Positions 19,610 to 32,393 of a DNA stretch of 64,000 nucleotides are shown one piece after another; position 1 is the first letter of the stretch, and each line of letters opens with the position of its first letter. Source of the stretch: Candidatus Planktophila sp. Its GTDB lineage: Bacteria; Actinomycetota; Actinomycetes; Nanopelagicales; Nanopelagicaceae. The notes beneath the pieces were generated by a model. The model had not been told where the DNA came from. It ran no database searches and worked only from the letters and a program-made list of their open reading frames with translations. A program made the translations under genes and the position numbers. The DNA lies in contig JBBAMT010000002.1 in assembly GCA_040402355.1 (NCBI GenBank), forward strand, positions 11,975 to 75,974, given 5' to 3'.

Positions 19610-20796
19610 TTAGAGATCTAAAGCAGTTAAACCAGGCAACTCTTTACCCTCGAGGTATTCAAGAGATGCTCCGCCGCCAGTTGAGATATAGCCAAAGTCG
19701 GAATCAACAAATCCCAATGCGCGGACGGCCGCAGCGGAGTCGCCTCCACCGACGACTGAAATGCCACTTACTTCAGTAAGCGCTTGAGCAACGACCTTGG
19801 TTCCATTAGCAAAATTGGGAAATTCAAAGACGCCCATAGGGCCGTTCCAGAAGACTGTCTTACATTTTCTTATCTCAGCTGCAAATGCTGCGGCGCTCTC
19901 TGGGCCAATATCTAGACCCATCTGATCTGCTGGGATTGCATCAGATCGCACCAGAGTCGGTGTGGCATCAGCTGAGAAAGTAGGGGCGACGACAATATCT
20001 GTGGGAAGTAAGAGCTTTACTCCGGAATCTTCTGCCTGCTTGATAAGGCCTTTAACTGTATCGATGAGATCGCGCTCGACAAGAGATGAACCAATTTCTC
20101 TTCCTTGTGCAGCTAGGAAGGTAAAGAGCATTCCTCCACCAATAGCCATCACATCTACCTTGCCGAGAAGATTGGCAATAACGCCAATTTTGTCGGAGAC
20201 TTTTGAACCACCGAGGACTACGCCGTAGGGGCGCTCTGGATTAACGGTGAGTTTTTTGAGCACTTCTACCTCTGCCGCAACAAGAGTGCCCGCTGCATGT
20301 GGAAGCAGCTTTGCTAAATCAAAGACTGAGGCATGCTTGCGGTGAACTGCGCCGAAGCCGTCACCAATATAAAAATCAGCAAGCTTTGCCAACTCTGACG
20401 CAAACGCTGCTCGCTCTGATTCATCTTTAGATGTTTCAGCTGCGCTAAAACGAATATTTTCTAGGAGGAGAATTTCACCTGGCGCCAGGGCTGCTGCCTT
20501 AGCTGAGACATCATCGCCTGTGATTGCTCCTGCAAATTGCACGGGTTTTCCGAGCAGTTCAGCAAGGCGCACTGCGATAGGTGCCAGTGAGAGTTCGCGC
20601 TTCACCTCTCCTTTTGGTCGACCTAGATGAGCTGCAATAACAATGCTTGCACCTTTTGCAAGGAGAGCGTTGATGGTGGGAAGTGAAGCGCGGATACGTC
20701 CATCATCTGTGATCTTTCCTTCTTTCAAAGGAACATTGAGATCGCATCGTAGAAATACGCGTTTACCAGCTACATCTAGGTCAGCCAGAGAAGACA

Positions 20797-20797
<1 letters not shown>
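19610..20797 (-). CDS. pgk: phosphoglycerate kinase
   Basis: 395 aa with RCDLNVP, and STGGGASLE near the C-terminus. Confidence 0.97.
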
Positions 20798-21858
<1,061 letters not shown>

Positions 21859-21955
21859 CGTTGGGGGCTTGGCCATAAGTCTATCAGTCTGTTTCTCGCT
21901 ACTGGTCAGTCGCTGCGCTCGAGAGAGCGCTCTTTACCTGTTATTCACCCGGAGA

Positions 21956-22936
21956 TTACTCGCCTAGAAGGTCGGGTGAAAGGCCAGCTTCAGTATCTGG
22001 AATTCCTAAATCTTGTGCGCGCTTATCTGCCATTGCAAGAAGGCGGCGGATGCGTCCGGCAATTGCATCCTTTGTCATGGGAGGGGTTGCAAGAGATCCG
22101 AGTTCTTCCAAGCTCGCCTGTCCATGAGAAATGCGGAGTTCGCCCGCCTCCTTGAGATGGTCAGGAATTTCAGGCCCGAGAATCTCCATCGCTCGTTGTA
22201 CACGAGCTGCGGCAGCAACTGCGGCGCGAGCAGAGCGGCGCAGGTTTGCATCATCAAAGTTAGCTAAGCGATTTGCTGTCGCGCGCACTTCACGACGCAT
22301 GCGACGTTCTTCCCAAGCAAGAACACTTTCATGCGCTCCGAGGCGAGTAAGGAGAACTCCAATTGCATCTCCATCGCGAATTACGACGCGATCTACTCCG
22401 CGAACTTCCCGGGCTTTCGCAACGATATTGAGGCGACGCGCCGCGCCTACGAGAGCGAGTGCTGCTTCGGGTCCGGGGCATGTGATTTCAAGTGATGATG
22501 AGCGCCCTGGTTCGGTGAGTGAACCGTGAGCGATAAAGGCGCCGCGCCATGCAGCTTCAGCATCACAGACATTAGCTGCAACGACTTGCGGAGGAAGGCC
22601 TCGTACTGGGCGACCATTGGCATCAATCAAACCAGTTTGGCGAGCAAGAGCATCGCCTGCCTCGACTACGCGCACCACATAGCGAGAACCTTTACGTAGC
22701 CCGCTCGATGAGAGAACTGCCAAATCACTGTCATGGCCATAAATATCGGCGATATCTTTCTTCAGGCGACGAGCGCTCTGCGATGTATCGAGCTCTACTT
22801 CGATCAATACCTTGCCAGCTGCGATATGGAGGCCGCCGGCAAAACGTAAGAGAGATGAGACTTCAGCTTTACGACAACAAGGCTTGGTGACAGAGAGACG
22901 ACTAAGTTCGTCTTTGACTGCCGCTGTCATTGCCAT
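21956..22936 (-). CDS. whiA: DNA-binding protein WhiA
   Basis: 326 aa with a LAGLIDADG-like middle domain and a C-terminal HTH. Context is yvcK-rapZ-uvrC. Confidence 0.95.
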   Translation of the reverse strand: MAMTAAVKDELSRLSVTKPCCRKAEVSSLLRFAGGLHIAAGKVLIEVELDTSQSARRLKKDIADIYGHDSDLAVLSSSGLRKGSRYVVRVVEAGDALARQTGLIDANGRPVRGLPPQVVAANVCDAEAAWRGAFIAHGSLTEPGRSSSLEITCPGPEAALALVGAARRLNIVAKAREVRGVDRVVIRDGDAIGVLLTRLGAHESVLAWEERRMRREVRATANRLANFDDANLRRSARAAVAAAARVQRAMEILGPEIPDHLKEAGELRISHGQASLEELGSLATPPMTKDAIAGRIRRLLAMADKRAQDLGIPDTEAGLSPDLLGE

Positions 22937-22941
22937 GGGGG

Positions 22942-23889
22942 TTATACAACCAGTATTTGAGACTCTATGTGTGCGAAAAGCTGGCCCAATTTTTTCACAT
23001 CGTGATGCAAAGGCGCCCCAGTACTGCGTAAATCTGCCGCCACCAACTCTGAACCTATGGTTGAAAGATGCTCACGCAATTCACTCTGCCCTTCGGCTGA
23101 GCTATCTATGACTACACAATCAAAGTGAAGACCGGGGGCGTAAGTAGACAAGATATGTAAGTGCTCGAGGGGTGAATATCCGGCATACTCCCCCGCTGAT
23201 TTATCGGCGATATCAAGATTCAGTAGCAAAATCTTCTTGGCCTTTGAAGCGATGATTGCATCGCGCTGCGCAGGAACGAGAAGGTGTGGGATGACACTGG
23301 AGAACCAAGACCCCGGTCCCATTGTTATCCACTCTGCATCTGCAATTGCAGATAGCGCTTCTGGGTACGCTGTTGGATTTTCGGGAATGACGCGAAGAGA
23401 TGTAAGTCGACCTTTTGTCGTTGCCACTTCGGCCTGACCCCGGACAATCTTGGTTCCGATTGAATTTACAAATGTTGCTTCGATATCAAGTGGCACTGTT
23501 GCCATCGGCAGGACGCGGCCTATAACTTTAAGGAGCGCACCTACACGGTCCAAGCCAGCGACAGTATCTTCATCACGGTCCCACAACGCTGCCAGCAAAA
23601 GATTTCCAACCGCATGGCCATTGAGTTCACCATCGCTGGTGAAGCGGTATTGCATGATGTCGGCCCAACTACGGCCCCACTCATCATCACTGCAGAGTGC
23701 GGCAAGTGCCATACGAAGATCTCCGGGAGGCAGAATCGGAAATTCTTCGCGGAGCCTGCCACTCGATCCGCCGTTATCAGCCACCGTCACAATCGCTGTG
23801 ATGTGCGAAGTCAGACTGCGCAGCGCAGTCAAAGTTGCAGCTAAACCGTGGCCACCACCGAGCGCTACAACTTTTCTACCAGAGCTCAT
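22942..23889 (-). CDS. yvcK: YvcK/CuvA-family gluconeogenesis factor (UPF0052)
   Basis: 315 aa with [10 protein letters not shown] and [13 protein letters not shown]. Confidence 0.93.
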   Translation of the reverse strand: MSSGRKVVALGGGHGLAATLTALRSLTSHITAIVTVADNGGSSGRLREEFPILPPGDLRMALAALCSDDEWGRSWADIMQYRFTSDGELNGHAVGNLLLAALWDRDEDTVAGLDRVGALLKVIGRVLPMATVPLDIEATFVNSIGTKIVRGQAEVATTKGRLTSLRVIPENPTAYPEALSAIADAEWITMGPGSWFSSVIPHLLVPAQRDAIIASKAKKILLLNLDIADKSAGEYAGYSPLEHLHILSTYAPGLHFDCVVIDSSAEGQSELREHLSTIGSELVAADLRSTGAPLHHDVKKLGQLFAHIESQILVV

Positions 23890-24761
23890 TCACGTCCTAC
23901 ATCGCGATGCGTTGCATGCGCTGTTATCTCAAGATCGTTCGAGGAAGTGGTCAGCTGTCGGGCAATCTCTTCTGCGATGGCAACAGAGCGATGCTTGCCT
24001 CCGGTACAGCCAATTGCAATCGTGACGTACTTCTTGCCTTCGCGGAAATATCCCGGAATCATCTGGTGGACGACACCTACATAACTTTTCACAAATTCAT
24101 CTACACCGTCACTGCTAAGAACTTTCTCGGAAACAGGTTTATCAAGCCCATTGAGAGGGCGCAGTTCGGGAATCCAATGTGGGTTGGGTATGAATCGACA
24201 ATCGAGTACGAGATCTGCATCAACGGGAATTCCATACTTGTAACCAAATGAAAGTAAGTTGATACGAAGGCTTGGCAGCATTCCCGCTGCGAAGATTTCC
24301 CCAGTGCGCTTTTCCAGTTGATGAACATTGAGGTTAGAGGAGTCGATGACTACATCGGCTTGGGCGCGGATCTCTTCCAGTTTGGCGCGTTCACGTTCAA
24401 TGCCGTCGACGATTCGATCTTTGCCCTGCAAAGGGTGGGGACGGCGGGTTGATTCAAAGCGTTGCACAAGAGCTTGATCTGTCGCATCAAGGAAGAGCAA
24501 TCGATAGAGAGTGGATGAGGCTTTTAACTTAGCAAGGGCGCTACTGAGTTCATCAAAGAATTTACCGCCACGCACATCTACGACTACTGCTAATGAGGTG
24601 TGGTTCTCACGACTTTGGTCAGCCAGCTGCGGCAAGAGGGCCGGAGGAAGGTTGTCGACGACATACCAGCCGAGATCTTCAAGGGCGTGCGCTACTGTGG
24701 AACGCCCCGCTCCTGACATTCCAGTAAGAATGAGAAGTTCTTGCTTCGCAGTATCAGCCAT
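23886..24761 (-). CDS. rapZ: RNase adapter protein RapZ (YvcJ family)
   Basis: 291 aa with Walker A GMSGAGRST and C-terminal GCTGGKHRSV. 4-nt overlap with yvcK. Confidence 0.94.
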   Translation of the reverse strand: MADTAKQELLILTGMSGAGRSTVAHALEDLGWYVVDNLPPALLPQLADQSRENHTSLAVVVDVRGGKFFDELSSALAKLKASSTLYRLLFLDATDQALVQRFESTRRPHPLQGKDRIVDGIERERAKLEEIRAQADVVIDSSNLNVHQLEKRTGEIFAAGMLPSLRINLLSFGYKYGIPVDADLVLDCRFIPNPHWIPELRPLNGLDKPVSEKVLSSDGVDEFVKSYVGVVHQMIPGYFREGKKYVTIAIGCTGGKHRSVAIAEEIARQLTTSSNDLEITAHATHRDVGRE

Positions 24762-24776
24762 GGAAATTATTCTCCC

Positions 24777-26696
24777 TTACCTGTCAAGTATCTCGCCAGT
24801 GGCCATATCGACGCCTGGTTGAGAAAGGCTCTGAAGATGAGTAAAGATGATTGCTGCTGTGCTCGCACCGATTCCAGGAGTCGCTGCCAGTTCATCAACT
24901 GTTGCCTTGCGCATCGCGGTCACTGAACCAAAACGGTCGAGGAGAGCAGCTCTGCGGATTTCTCCAAGTTGCGGGATCTCATCAAGGAGCGATTCGAGCA
25001 TCACCTTAGATCTGCGGGAGCGGTGGAATGTAATGGCAAATCGGTGCGCCTCATCACGAATACGTTGCAGTAGATACATTCCTTCAGATGTGCGCGGAAG
25101 AATCAAAGGATCTTTATCCCCCGGCATCCACACTTCTTCAAGGCGCTTTGCTAACCCACATAGCGCGACATCGGTAATACCGAGTTCATCAAGAGCGCGC
25201 TGCGCAGCTGCGACTTGTGGTGCTCCACCATCAACCACGATGAGTTGTGGTGGGTAGGCGAATTTGCTGAGCTTTCCACCGGTCTCTGCCACCTCACTCT
25301 GGTTTACGTTTCGATCAGCAAGCAGTCTCTTCATGCGACGTGTGATTACTTGGTGCATGGCGCGAGTGTCATCTTGGGCAGTATCGGTATCGATTATGAA
25401 TCTGCGGTATTCGCTCTTCTTGGCTAGGCCATCCTCAAAGACCACCATCGATGCCACTACCGATGTACCTGAAATATTGGAGATGTCATAACACTCAATG
25501 CGTAAAGGAGTGCGGGTCAATTGCAGCTCCTCTTCGAGTTCGAGAAGGGCCTTTCCGGAGACTGCTGCATCGGTGGCGCGCTTACTTAAATATTGCACCA
25601 GAGCGTAATGGGCATTGCGTTCGACAGTCTGCAGTAACTCAACTTTCTCACCGCGCTGTGGGACCTTGATAGATACTCGCGCTCCTCGTAAAGAGGTGAG
25701 CCACTCCTCAAGCGCTCCCCTGTCTACTGGTTCGTTGTTCAGGTAAATCTCAGAAGGAATATCTGCAGGTGCGCTCTGGCTATAAATCGAGAAGAAGAGT
25801 GAACCAATCTGGTCATCTCCTTCCAAAGCGCGCTCTTGATCGACAATCCAGGAACGAGAACCTTTGATGGATCCACGGCGAACGATGAAGATTGAGCCGG
25901 CTGCATGGAGGCCTTCTTCGTGGAGCGAGATAAAGTCACCATCGAGACCATCAGAGAGATTGCCTTGAGTCGAACGTTGTGCCTTCTCAAAGGATTCAAT
26001 CTGATCACGTAAGCGAGCAGCTCGCTCAAACTCTTCTCGCTCAGATGCTCCCGCCATTTCAGCGCGAAGAGTTGGAAGGAGGTTCTCCATACCTTTCTCC
26101 ATAAATGCATCCAGTTTGACGGCGATTTCGTGATGTTCGGCAGGCGTCACCCAACCCACACAAGGGGCAGCACATTTTCCAATATCGCCTAATAAACATT
26201 GGCGCTTGGTGCGCTGAGCTCGTTGGAAATTTCCTACGCTACAAGAACGGACAGGAAAGACTTTGAGAAGCACTTCATAGGTATTGCGCAGCGCCCAAGT
26301 ATTTGTATACGGGCCGAAATATTTAAGCCCCGGACGTTTCTCTTTGCGAGTGATAAAGATGCGAGGAAATTCATCACCCATGGAGATGGCTAGATATGGA
26401 TATGACTTATCGTCTTTAAATTGCACGTTATAGGTTGGGTGATACTGCTTGATCCACGAGAACTCAAGAGCTAGCGCCTCAAGTTCGGTGGCGACAATGG
26501 TCCAATCAACACGCACCGCTTCGTGGACCATGCGATACGTTTTCTGCGCCAGGTTAGAACCGAAGTAGGTAGTGAGCCGGTTCTTGAGATTCTTAGCTTT
26601 TCCAACATAGATCACCTTGTCGCTTGCGTTATAGAAGCGATAGACCCCCGGCTCTTCCGGAATCTCTTTGGGGCGATAACTCGATGGCTCAGCCAT
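24777..26696 (-). CDS. uvrC: excinuclease ABC subunit C
   Basis: 639 aa with an N-terminal GIY-YIG domain (GVYRF ... VIYVGKAKNLKNR), a UvrBC domain and a C-terminal HhH. Confidence 0.97.
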   Translation of the reverse strand: MAEPSSYRPKEIPEEPGVYRFYNASDKVIYVGKAKNLKNRLTTYFGSNLAQKTYRMVHEAVRVDWTIVATELEALALEFSWIKQYHPTYNVQFKDDKSYPYLAISMGDEFPRIFITRKEKRPGLKYFGPYTNTWALRNTYEVLLKVFPVRSCSVGNFQRAQRTKRQCLLGDIGKCAAPCVGWVTPAEHHEIAVKLDAFMEKGMENLLPTLRAEMAGASEREEFERAARLRDQIESFEKAQRSTQGNLSDGLDGDFISLHEEGLHAAGSIFIVRRGSIKGSRSWIVDQERALEGDDQIGSLFFSIYSQSAPADIPSEIYLNNEPVDRGALEEWLTSLRGARVSIKVPQRGEKVELLQTVERNAHYALVQYLSKRATDAAVSGKALLELEEELQLTRTPLRIECYDISNISGTSVVASMVVFEDGLAKKSEYRRFIIDTDTAQDDTRAMHQVITRRMKRLLADRNVNQSEVAETGGKLSKFAYPPQLIVVDGGAPQVAAAQRALDELGITDVALCGLAKRLEEVWMPGDKDPLILPRTSEGMYLLQRIRDEAHRFAITFHRSRRSKVMLESLLDEIPQLGEIRRAALLDRFGSVTAMRKATVDELAATPGIGASTAAIIFTHLQSLSQPGVDMATGEILDR

Positions 26697-26698
26697 AG

Positions 26699-29587
26699 TT
26701 ACTTCTTAGCTGGAGTTTTAGCTGAAGTCTTAGCAAGCTTCGCTGCGCGATTGCTAGCGAGGACTTCTGCAAGATATTGACCGGTGTAACTCGCCTTTAC
26801 CTTCGCAACCTCTTCCGGCGTACCTTCGGCAACGACTGTGCCACCGCGGTATCCGCCCTCTGGACCCATATCGATAACCCAATCTGAGGATTTGATGACA
26901 TCGAGGTTATGTTCGATGACTATGACGGTATTTCCTGATTCAACCAGGCGCTTGAGAACACCTAAGAGTTTATTGACATCTTCGAAGTGAAGACCGGTCG
27001 TTGGTTCATCAAGAACATAGATGGTGCGACCAGTGGAACGGCGCTGCAATTCGGTAGCAAGCTTGACGCGCTGTGCTTCTCCACCCGACAACGTTGGGGC
27101 TGATTGTCCAAGGCGTACATAGCCCAGACCTACATCACAGAGGGTCTTGAGGTAGCGCGCGATAGTAGGCACTGATTCAAAGAATTCGTGGGCAATCTCG
27201 ATAGGCATATCGAGTACTTGAGCGATGGTCTTCCCCTTGTAATGCACTTCGAGCGTCTCGCGGTTATAGCGCGCTCCATGACAGACCTCGCACGGAACAT
27301 AGACATCCGGCAAGAAGTTCATCTCGATTGTGATGGTTCCATCGCCTGAGCAGTTCTCGCAGCGTCCGCCTTTGACGTTAAAGGAGAAGCGGCCTTGTTG
27401 GTAGCCGCGGACCTTCGCTTCAGTAGTTTCTGCAAAGAGAGCGCGGACCTTATCGAATACGCCTGTATAAGTTGCCGGGTTAGAACGTGGGGTACGTCCA
27501 ATCGGTGATTGATCAACATGGACAACTTTATCGAGTTGATCGATACCGGTGACGGTTCGGTGGCGACCAGGGACAAGACGCGCTCCGTTGAGTTTATTGG
27601 CCAGGGTTGTATAGAGAATGTCATTAACTAACGTTGATTTACCGGATCCTGAAACGCCAGTGACTGAGACAAAGAGTCCAAGTGGAATCGAGACCTCAAT
27701 ATCTTTGAGGTTATTCTCTTTGGCGCCCTTAATGACGAGTTGGCGTTTAGCATCTACCCGTCTACGGGAATCTGGAATTTCAATGGATCTGCGACCCGAG
27801 AGATAGGCGCCTGTAATGGATTCTTTTGAAGCGATGAGTTCTTCGTAAGAGCCGGAGACGACAACTTTTCCACCGTGCTCGCCAGCTCCTGGCCCAATGT
27901 CGACGATCCAATCAGCGGTACGAATGGTGTCTTCATCGTGTTCTACGACGATAAGAGTATTTCCAAGATCGCGGAGTCGAGTAAGCGTCTCAATCAAGCG
28001 GCGATTATCACGTTGATGGAGACCGATAGAAGGTTCATCAAGTACATAGAGAACACCGACTAAGCCAGAGCCAATCTGTGTAGCCAAACGAATACGTTGC
28101 GCCTCTCCACCGGAAAGCGTTGCGGCAGGTCGATCGAGTGAGAGGTAATCAAGTCCAACATCGAGTAAGAAGCCGAGTCGTGCATGCACTTCCTTCATCA
28201 CACGCTCTGCGATCTGCGCTTCACGTTTATTGAGGGTGACCTGCTTCAGGAAGGTTGCGCAATCATCGATAGAGAGGGCGCAGACTTCTGCAATACTTTT
28301 GCCGCCCAAGGTGACAGCGAGAACTTCCGGTTTCAGGCGCGCTCCCTTGCAGGCAGGACAGGGAGTCTCACGCATATAGGCCTCGTACTTATCGCGGCTG
28401 AAATCACTATCGGTCTCGCTATGGCGGCGATGAATAAATGGAACGACCCCTTCAAAACCGGTTGAGTAATTACGGACGCGGCCGTAGCGATTCTTAAACT
28501 TTACGTGGACTTCATATTCAAACCCATTGATGATTGCATCTTTGGCTTTGACGGAGAGTTTCTTCCAAGGGTTATCAAGTGAGAAGCGAAGTTCTTCTGA
28601 GAGCGCTTCGAGTAAACGGAGGAAATACTCTGATGATTGCCCACCAGCCCAGGGCGCAATTGCGCCCTCATTAATCGAGATTGAGTCATCAGGGATGATG
28701 AGATCTTCATCAACTTCCAGCTTTGTGCCGATACCTGAGCATTCAGGACAAGCGCCAAAGGGTGAGTTAAATGAGAAAGATCGTGGTTCAAGTTCTTCAA
28801 AGGAGAGGTTGCAATCGTGGCAGGCAAGGTGCTCGCTATAGGTATGTTCTTTCTCGGCAGTCTTAGCATCGACGAAGTCGAGAAGCACCAGGCCATTTCC
28901 TAACTTCAAAGCTGTCTCAATAGAGTCGGTAAGACGTGACTTGCTTTCGGCCTTGGCGGTAAGACGGTCGATCACAACTTCAATGGTGTGCTTCTCTTGC
29001 TTCTTTAGCTTTGGCGGTTCGGTAAGTTGGATGATTTCGCCATCGACACGCGCGCGTGAATATCCTTGCGTTACCAACTCAGCGAAGAGATCAACAAATT
29101 CACCCTTGCGTTCGCGGATAACGGGTGCGAGCACCTGAAACTTTGTTGTGGCAGGCATCGTAAGGATCTGATCAACAATCTGTTGTGGACTCTGGCGCGA
29201 GACCGCCTTGCCACACTTGGGACAATGTGGTCGGCCAGCGCGTGCGAAGAGCAGGCGGAAGTAGTCGTAGACCTCTGTGATGGTTCCGACCGTCGAGCGC
29301 GGATTGCGGTTCGTTGATTTCTGATCGATAGATACAGCAGGTGAAAGGCCCTCAATGAAATCGACATCGGGCTTATCCATCTGGCCCAAGAATTGGCGCG
29401 CATATGCAGAAAGTGATTCAACGTAGCGACGTTGTCCTTCAGCGAAGATGGTGTCGAAGGCGAGGCTAGATTTTCCAGAACCTGAGAGGCCCGTAAAGAC
29501 GATGAGGGCATCGCGCGGGAGTTCGATAGATACATCTTTGAGGTTATGTTCGCGCGCTCCGCGGACAACTAACTTATCGATGCTCAT
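26699..29587 (-). CDS. uvrA: excinuclease ABC subunit A
   Basis: 962 aa with two ABC modules (GLSGSGKSS and GVSGSGKST) and zinc-finger cysteines. Confidence 0.98.
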   Translation of the reverse strand: MSIDKLVVRGAREHNLKDVSIELPRDALIVFTGLSGSGKSSLAFDTIFAEGQRRYVESLSAYARQFLGQMDKPDVDFIEGLSPAVSIDQKSTNRNPRSTVGTITEVYDYFRLLFARAGRPHCPKCGKAVSRQSPQQIVDQILTMPATTKFQVLAPVIRERKGEFVDLFAELVTQGYSRARVDGEIIQLTEPPKLKKQEKHTIEVVIDRLTAKAESKSRLTDSIETALKLGNGLVLLDFVDAKTAEKEHTYSEHLACHDCNLSFEELEPRSFSFNSPFGACPECSGIGTKLEVDEDLIIPDDSISINEGAIAPWAGGQSSEYFLRLLEALSEELRFSLDNPWKKLSVKAKDAIINGFEYEVHVKFKNRYGRVRNYSTGFEGVVPFIHRRHSETDSDFSRDKYEAYMRETPCPACKGARLKPEVLAVTLGGKSIAEVCALSIDDCATFLKQVTLNKREAQIAERVMKEVHARLGFLLDVGLDYLSLDRPAATLSGGEAQRIRLATQIGSGLVGVLYVLDEPSIGLHQRDNRRLIETLTRLRDLGNTLIVVEHDEDTIRTADWIVDIGPGAGEHGGKVVVSGSYEELIASKESITGAYLSGRRSIEIPDSRRRVDAKRQLVIKGAKENNLKDIEVSIPLGLFVSVTGVSGSGKSTLVNDILYTTLANKLNGARLVPGRHRTVTGIDQLDKVVHVDQSPIGRTPRSNPATYTGVFDKVRALFAETTEAKVRGYQQGRFSFNVKGGRCENCSGDGTITIEMNFLPDVYVPCEVCHGARYNRETLEVHYKGKTIAQVLDMPIEIAHEFFESVPTIARYLKTLCDVGLGYVRLGQSAPTLSGGEAQRVKLATELQRRSTGRTIYVLDEPTTGLHFEDVNKLLGVLKRLVESGNTVIVIEHNLDVIKSSDWVIDMGPEGGYRGGTVVAEGTPEEVAKVKASYTGQYLAEVLASNRAAKLAKTSAKTPAKK

Positions 29588-31659
29588 GTACCGGCCTCAT
29601 CCATCCCGCGAAGTTCACGCTTTAAATCTTTTAACTCATCTCGGAGACGGCCCGCGAGTTCAAATTGAAGTTCATCGGCTGCGCTGCGCATCTGCTCGGT
29701 GAGGGAGCCTATCAACGCAATGAGTTCTTGGCGCGGCATAGAGTCAGTTGGCTTGGAAGAGAAGGGAAGAACTGCACCAGATCGTTTGCCTTTAAGCGAG
29801 GCCATGATGTCATCTGTGTCATCGCTCTCTTGGGCGATGAGATCGGTGATATCGGAAATCTTCTTGCGCAGTGGCTGCGGATCGACTCCTCGCTCGAGGT
29901 TATAGGCGACTTGCTTGGCGCGGCGGCGATTGGTCTCATCGATCGCCTTGGTCATTGAGGCTGTCATATTGTCGGCATACATATGAACTTCACCGGATAC
30001 GTTTCGCGCTGCGCGTCCGATGGTCTGGATAAGAGATGTTGCAGAGCGCAAGAAGCCCTCTTTATCAGCATCGAGAATTGCCACTAGGGAAACTTCAGGA
30101 AGATCGAGTCCTTCACGGAGCAAGTTGATTCCAATAAGAACGTCGTATTCACCGCTGCGAAGTTCGCGCAGCAGTTCTACGCGGCGAAGCGTGTCAACTT
30201 CTGAGTGCAGATAGCGAACCCGCACACCCTTCTCTTGTAGGTAATCTGTCAGGTCTTCTGACATCTTCTTTGTCAGCGTTGTAACGAGTACTCGCTCATT
30301 ACGTTCTGCGCGGATATTAATCTCATGTAAGAGATCATCAATCTGACCCTTAATCGGTTTGATAACGATTTGCGGATCAACTAGCCCGGTAGGACGAATG
30401 ACTTGTTCTACAACATCTCCCCCAACTTTCGCCATCTCGTACTTGCCCGGTGTCGCCGATAGATAGATAGTCTGACCGGTACGCTCTTGAAACTCCGGCC
30501 ATTTGAGAGGCCGATTGTCCAAAGCGCTCGGCAGTCGGAATCCATGTTCCACCAACGTGCGCTTACGTGCTGAGTCGCCTTCAAACATCGCTCCGATTTG
30601 TGGAACCGTGACGTGGCTTTCATCAATGACCACAAGGAAATCTTCGGGGAAGTAATCAAGAAGACAGTTAGGAGCAGAACCCGGTGCACGACCATCGAGG
30701 TGACGTGAGTAATTTTCGATTCCCGAACAGAATCCGAGTTGCTGCATCATCTCAAGATCAAAGGTGGTGCGCATGCGCAGACGTTGTTCTTCGAGCAACT
30801 TGCCCTGCTTCTTAAAGAGGTTGAGTTGAATCTGAAGTTCATCTTCGATTTCACCCATGGCGCGCTTCATTGTTTCAGGGCCTGCCGCATAGTGAGTAGC
30901 TGGGAAGATGTAGATTTCTTCCTCATCTCGAACGATTTCACCAGTAAGTGGATTGAGGGTCATGATCTTCTCGATCTCATCGCCGAACATTTCGATGCGC
31001 ACCGCGAGCTCTTCGTACATCGGAATAATCTCGACTGTATCTCCACGGACTCTGAACGTTCCGCGCTCGAAGGCCATATCGTTGCGTTTATATTGAACAT
31101 CGACGAATTTACGTAAGAGAGCATTACGTTCGATCTCATCGCCCACCTTGAGGCGGATCATGCGATCGATGTACTCCTGAGGAGTTCCGAGACCATAGAT
31201 ACAAGAGACCGTGGCAACGACAATGACATCGCGGCGGGTAAGGAGTGAGTTGGTTGCTGAGTGTCGCAGGCGCTCGACCTCGTCGTTGACGCTCGAATCC
31301 TTCTCAATAAAGGTATCAGTCTGTGGAACGTAGGCTTCCGGTTGGTAGTAGTCGTAGTATGAAACAAAATATTCAACAGCGTTATTCGGCATCAACTCGC
31401 GGAACTCATTAGCCAACTGCGCAGCCAGGGTCTTATTCGGAGCTAGTACCAGGGTGGGACGTTGCAGCCGTTCAATCAGCCAAGCGGTGGTTGCAGACTT
31501 TCCAGTTCCGGTAGCCCCAAGGAGAACGACATCTTGTTCACCAGCGCTGATACGGCGAGTGATTTCTTCGATGGCCGCAGGCTGATCACCGGCCGGGACA
31601 TAGTCACTGATAACTTGAAAAGGCGCGACTTTTCGTTGTAGATCAGAGACAGGGCGCAT
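29584..31659 (-). CDS. uvrB: excinuclease ABC subunit B
   Basis: 691 aa with helicase motifs GATGTGKS and DESH, and a C-terminal UVR domain. 4-nt overlap with uvrA. Confidence 0.98.
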   Translation of the reverse strand: MRPVSDLQRKVAPFQVISDYVPAGDQPAAIEEITRRISAGEQDVVLLGATGTGKSATTAWLIERLQRPTLVLAPNKTLAAQLANEFRELMPNNAVEYFVSYYDYYQPEAYVPQTDTFIEKDSSVNDEVERLRHSATNSLLTRRDVIVVATVSCIYGLGTPQEYIDRMIRLKVGDEIERNALLRKFVDVQYKRNDMAFERGTFRVRGDTVEIIPMYEELAVRIEMFGDEIEKIMTLNPLTGEIVRDEEEIYIFPATHYAAGPETMKRAMGEIEDELQIQLNLFKKQGKLLEEQRLRMRTTFDLEMMQQLGFCSGIENYSRHLDGRAPGSAPNCLLDYFPEDFLVVIDESHVTVPQIGAMFEGDSARKRTLVEHGFRLPSALDNRPLKWPEFQERTGQTIYLSATPGKYEMAKVGGDVVEQVIRPTGLVDPQIVIKPIKGQIDDLLHEINIRAERNERVLVTTLTKKMSEDLTDYLQEKGVRVRYLHSEVDTLRRVELLRELRSGEYDVLIGINLLREGLDLPEVSLVAILDADKEGFLRSATSLIQTIGRAARNVSGEVHMYADNMTASMTKAIDETNRRRAKQVAYNLERGVDPQPLRKKISDITDLIAQESDDTDDIMASLKGKRSGAVLPFSSKPTDSMPRQELIALIGSLTEQMRSAADELQFELAGRLRDELKDLKRELRGMDEAGT

Positions 31660-31663
31660 CTGA

Positions 31664-32260
31664 CTAGCCTAGCGAATGAGGAACGAGAACGCTCTCCCAG
31701 AGATTTTCTACCTGGCGCAGCAACGAATCATCATCTCCATCATTGCGAATAACCGCGTCGGCTAAGGCAGAGCGAGCTTCTTCCGTTGCCTGCGATGCTA
31801 TCCGCTTTTCAATCTGTGAGATATAGAGCCCTCTCTTGAGAAGGCGGGCCTTGCGCAGCTCGATATCGGATTCAACGGTGATGATGTAATCAAACTTCTC
31901 TGCAGCCCCAGTTTCTACGAGTAAGGGGATTTCATAAATCAAAATATCATCGTGGTCGAGATCTGCCACAGCTTGAGCAAAGAGCGCCTGCACGCGGGGA
32001 TGGATAATCTCTTCCAAGTCTCTTCGCGCACTTTCGTCGCTAAAGACAATCTCAGCTAACTTCTTGCGATCGATATCTCCATTGAGGATGACTTCATCAC
32101 CAAAGCGAAGGAGTACGTCGGCAAATCCATCGCTTCCTCGCTCGATCGCCATGCGGGCTAATTGATCGGCATCGACAACCAGTGCGCCGAGTTCGGCAAA
32201 GTTCTGAGCAACGGTCGACTTACCCGCACCAATGCCACCAGTGAGCGCCACAACCAACAT
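31664..32260 (-). CDS. coaE: dephospho-CoA kinase (kinase domain only)
   Basis: 198 aa with [11 protein letters not shown]. Ends 4 nt before the uvrB start. Confidence 0.93.
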   Translation of the reverse strand: MLVVALTGGIGAGKSTVAQNFAELGALVVDADQLARMAIERGSDGFADVLLRFGDEVILNGDIDRKKLAEIVFSDESARRDLEEIIHPRVQALFAQAVADLDHDDILIYEIPLLVETGAAEKFDYIITVESDIELRKARLLKRGLYISQIEKRIASQATEEARSALADAVIRNDGDDDSLLRQVENLWESVLVPHSLG

Positions 32261-32318
32261 GTACTTACCCTACCTGCGGTAGCTGAAGAAGTAATTCATT
32301 TAGCGCAGTGGGGAAAAT

Positions 32319-32384
32319 AAAGAGGGACTCATGCGGGGTAAGCGAGGTTAAGGAGCAGCTCGCGACCCGTATGAGTCCCTCTTT
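32319..32384 (-). terminator. long stem-loop downstream of rpsA (likely intrinsic terminator)
   Basis: The arms aaagagggactcat(g/a)cggg are a near-perfect 19-bp inverted repeat, with an inner GCGAG/CTCGC stem. In minus sense the stem is followed by TTTATTTTCC. Confidence 0.6.
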
Positions 32385-32393
32385 AGTAATTAC

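Noticed and set aside
21915-21930. GCGCTC-GAGA-GAGCGC hairpin downstream of whiA, considered as a terminator
   Set aside because: It has only a 6-bp stem, and in the whiA (minus) sense it is not followed by a U tract. The T run lies on the plus-strand side, where no gene ends. Function cannot be supported.
23450-24025. 191-aa plus-strand ORF, and similar long antisense ORFs (for example 8410-8859, 22131-22529, 36876-37433, 56133-56708, 58992-59480)
   Set aside because: Each lies entirely opposite a strongly recognisable gene (yvcK/rapZ, sufC, whiA, polA, trpC, hisF). Their products are low-complexity and rich in Arg, Ser and Ala, with no recognisable motifs. That is the usual antisense-frame artefact.
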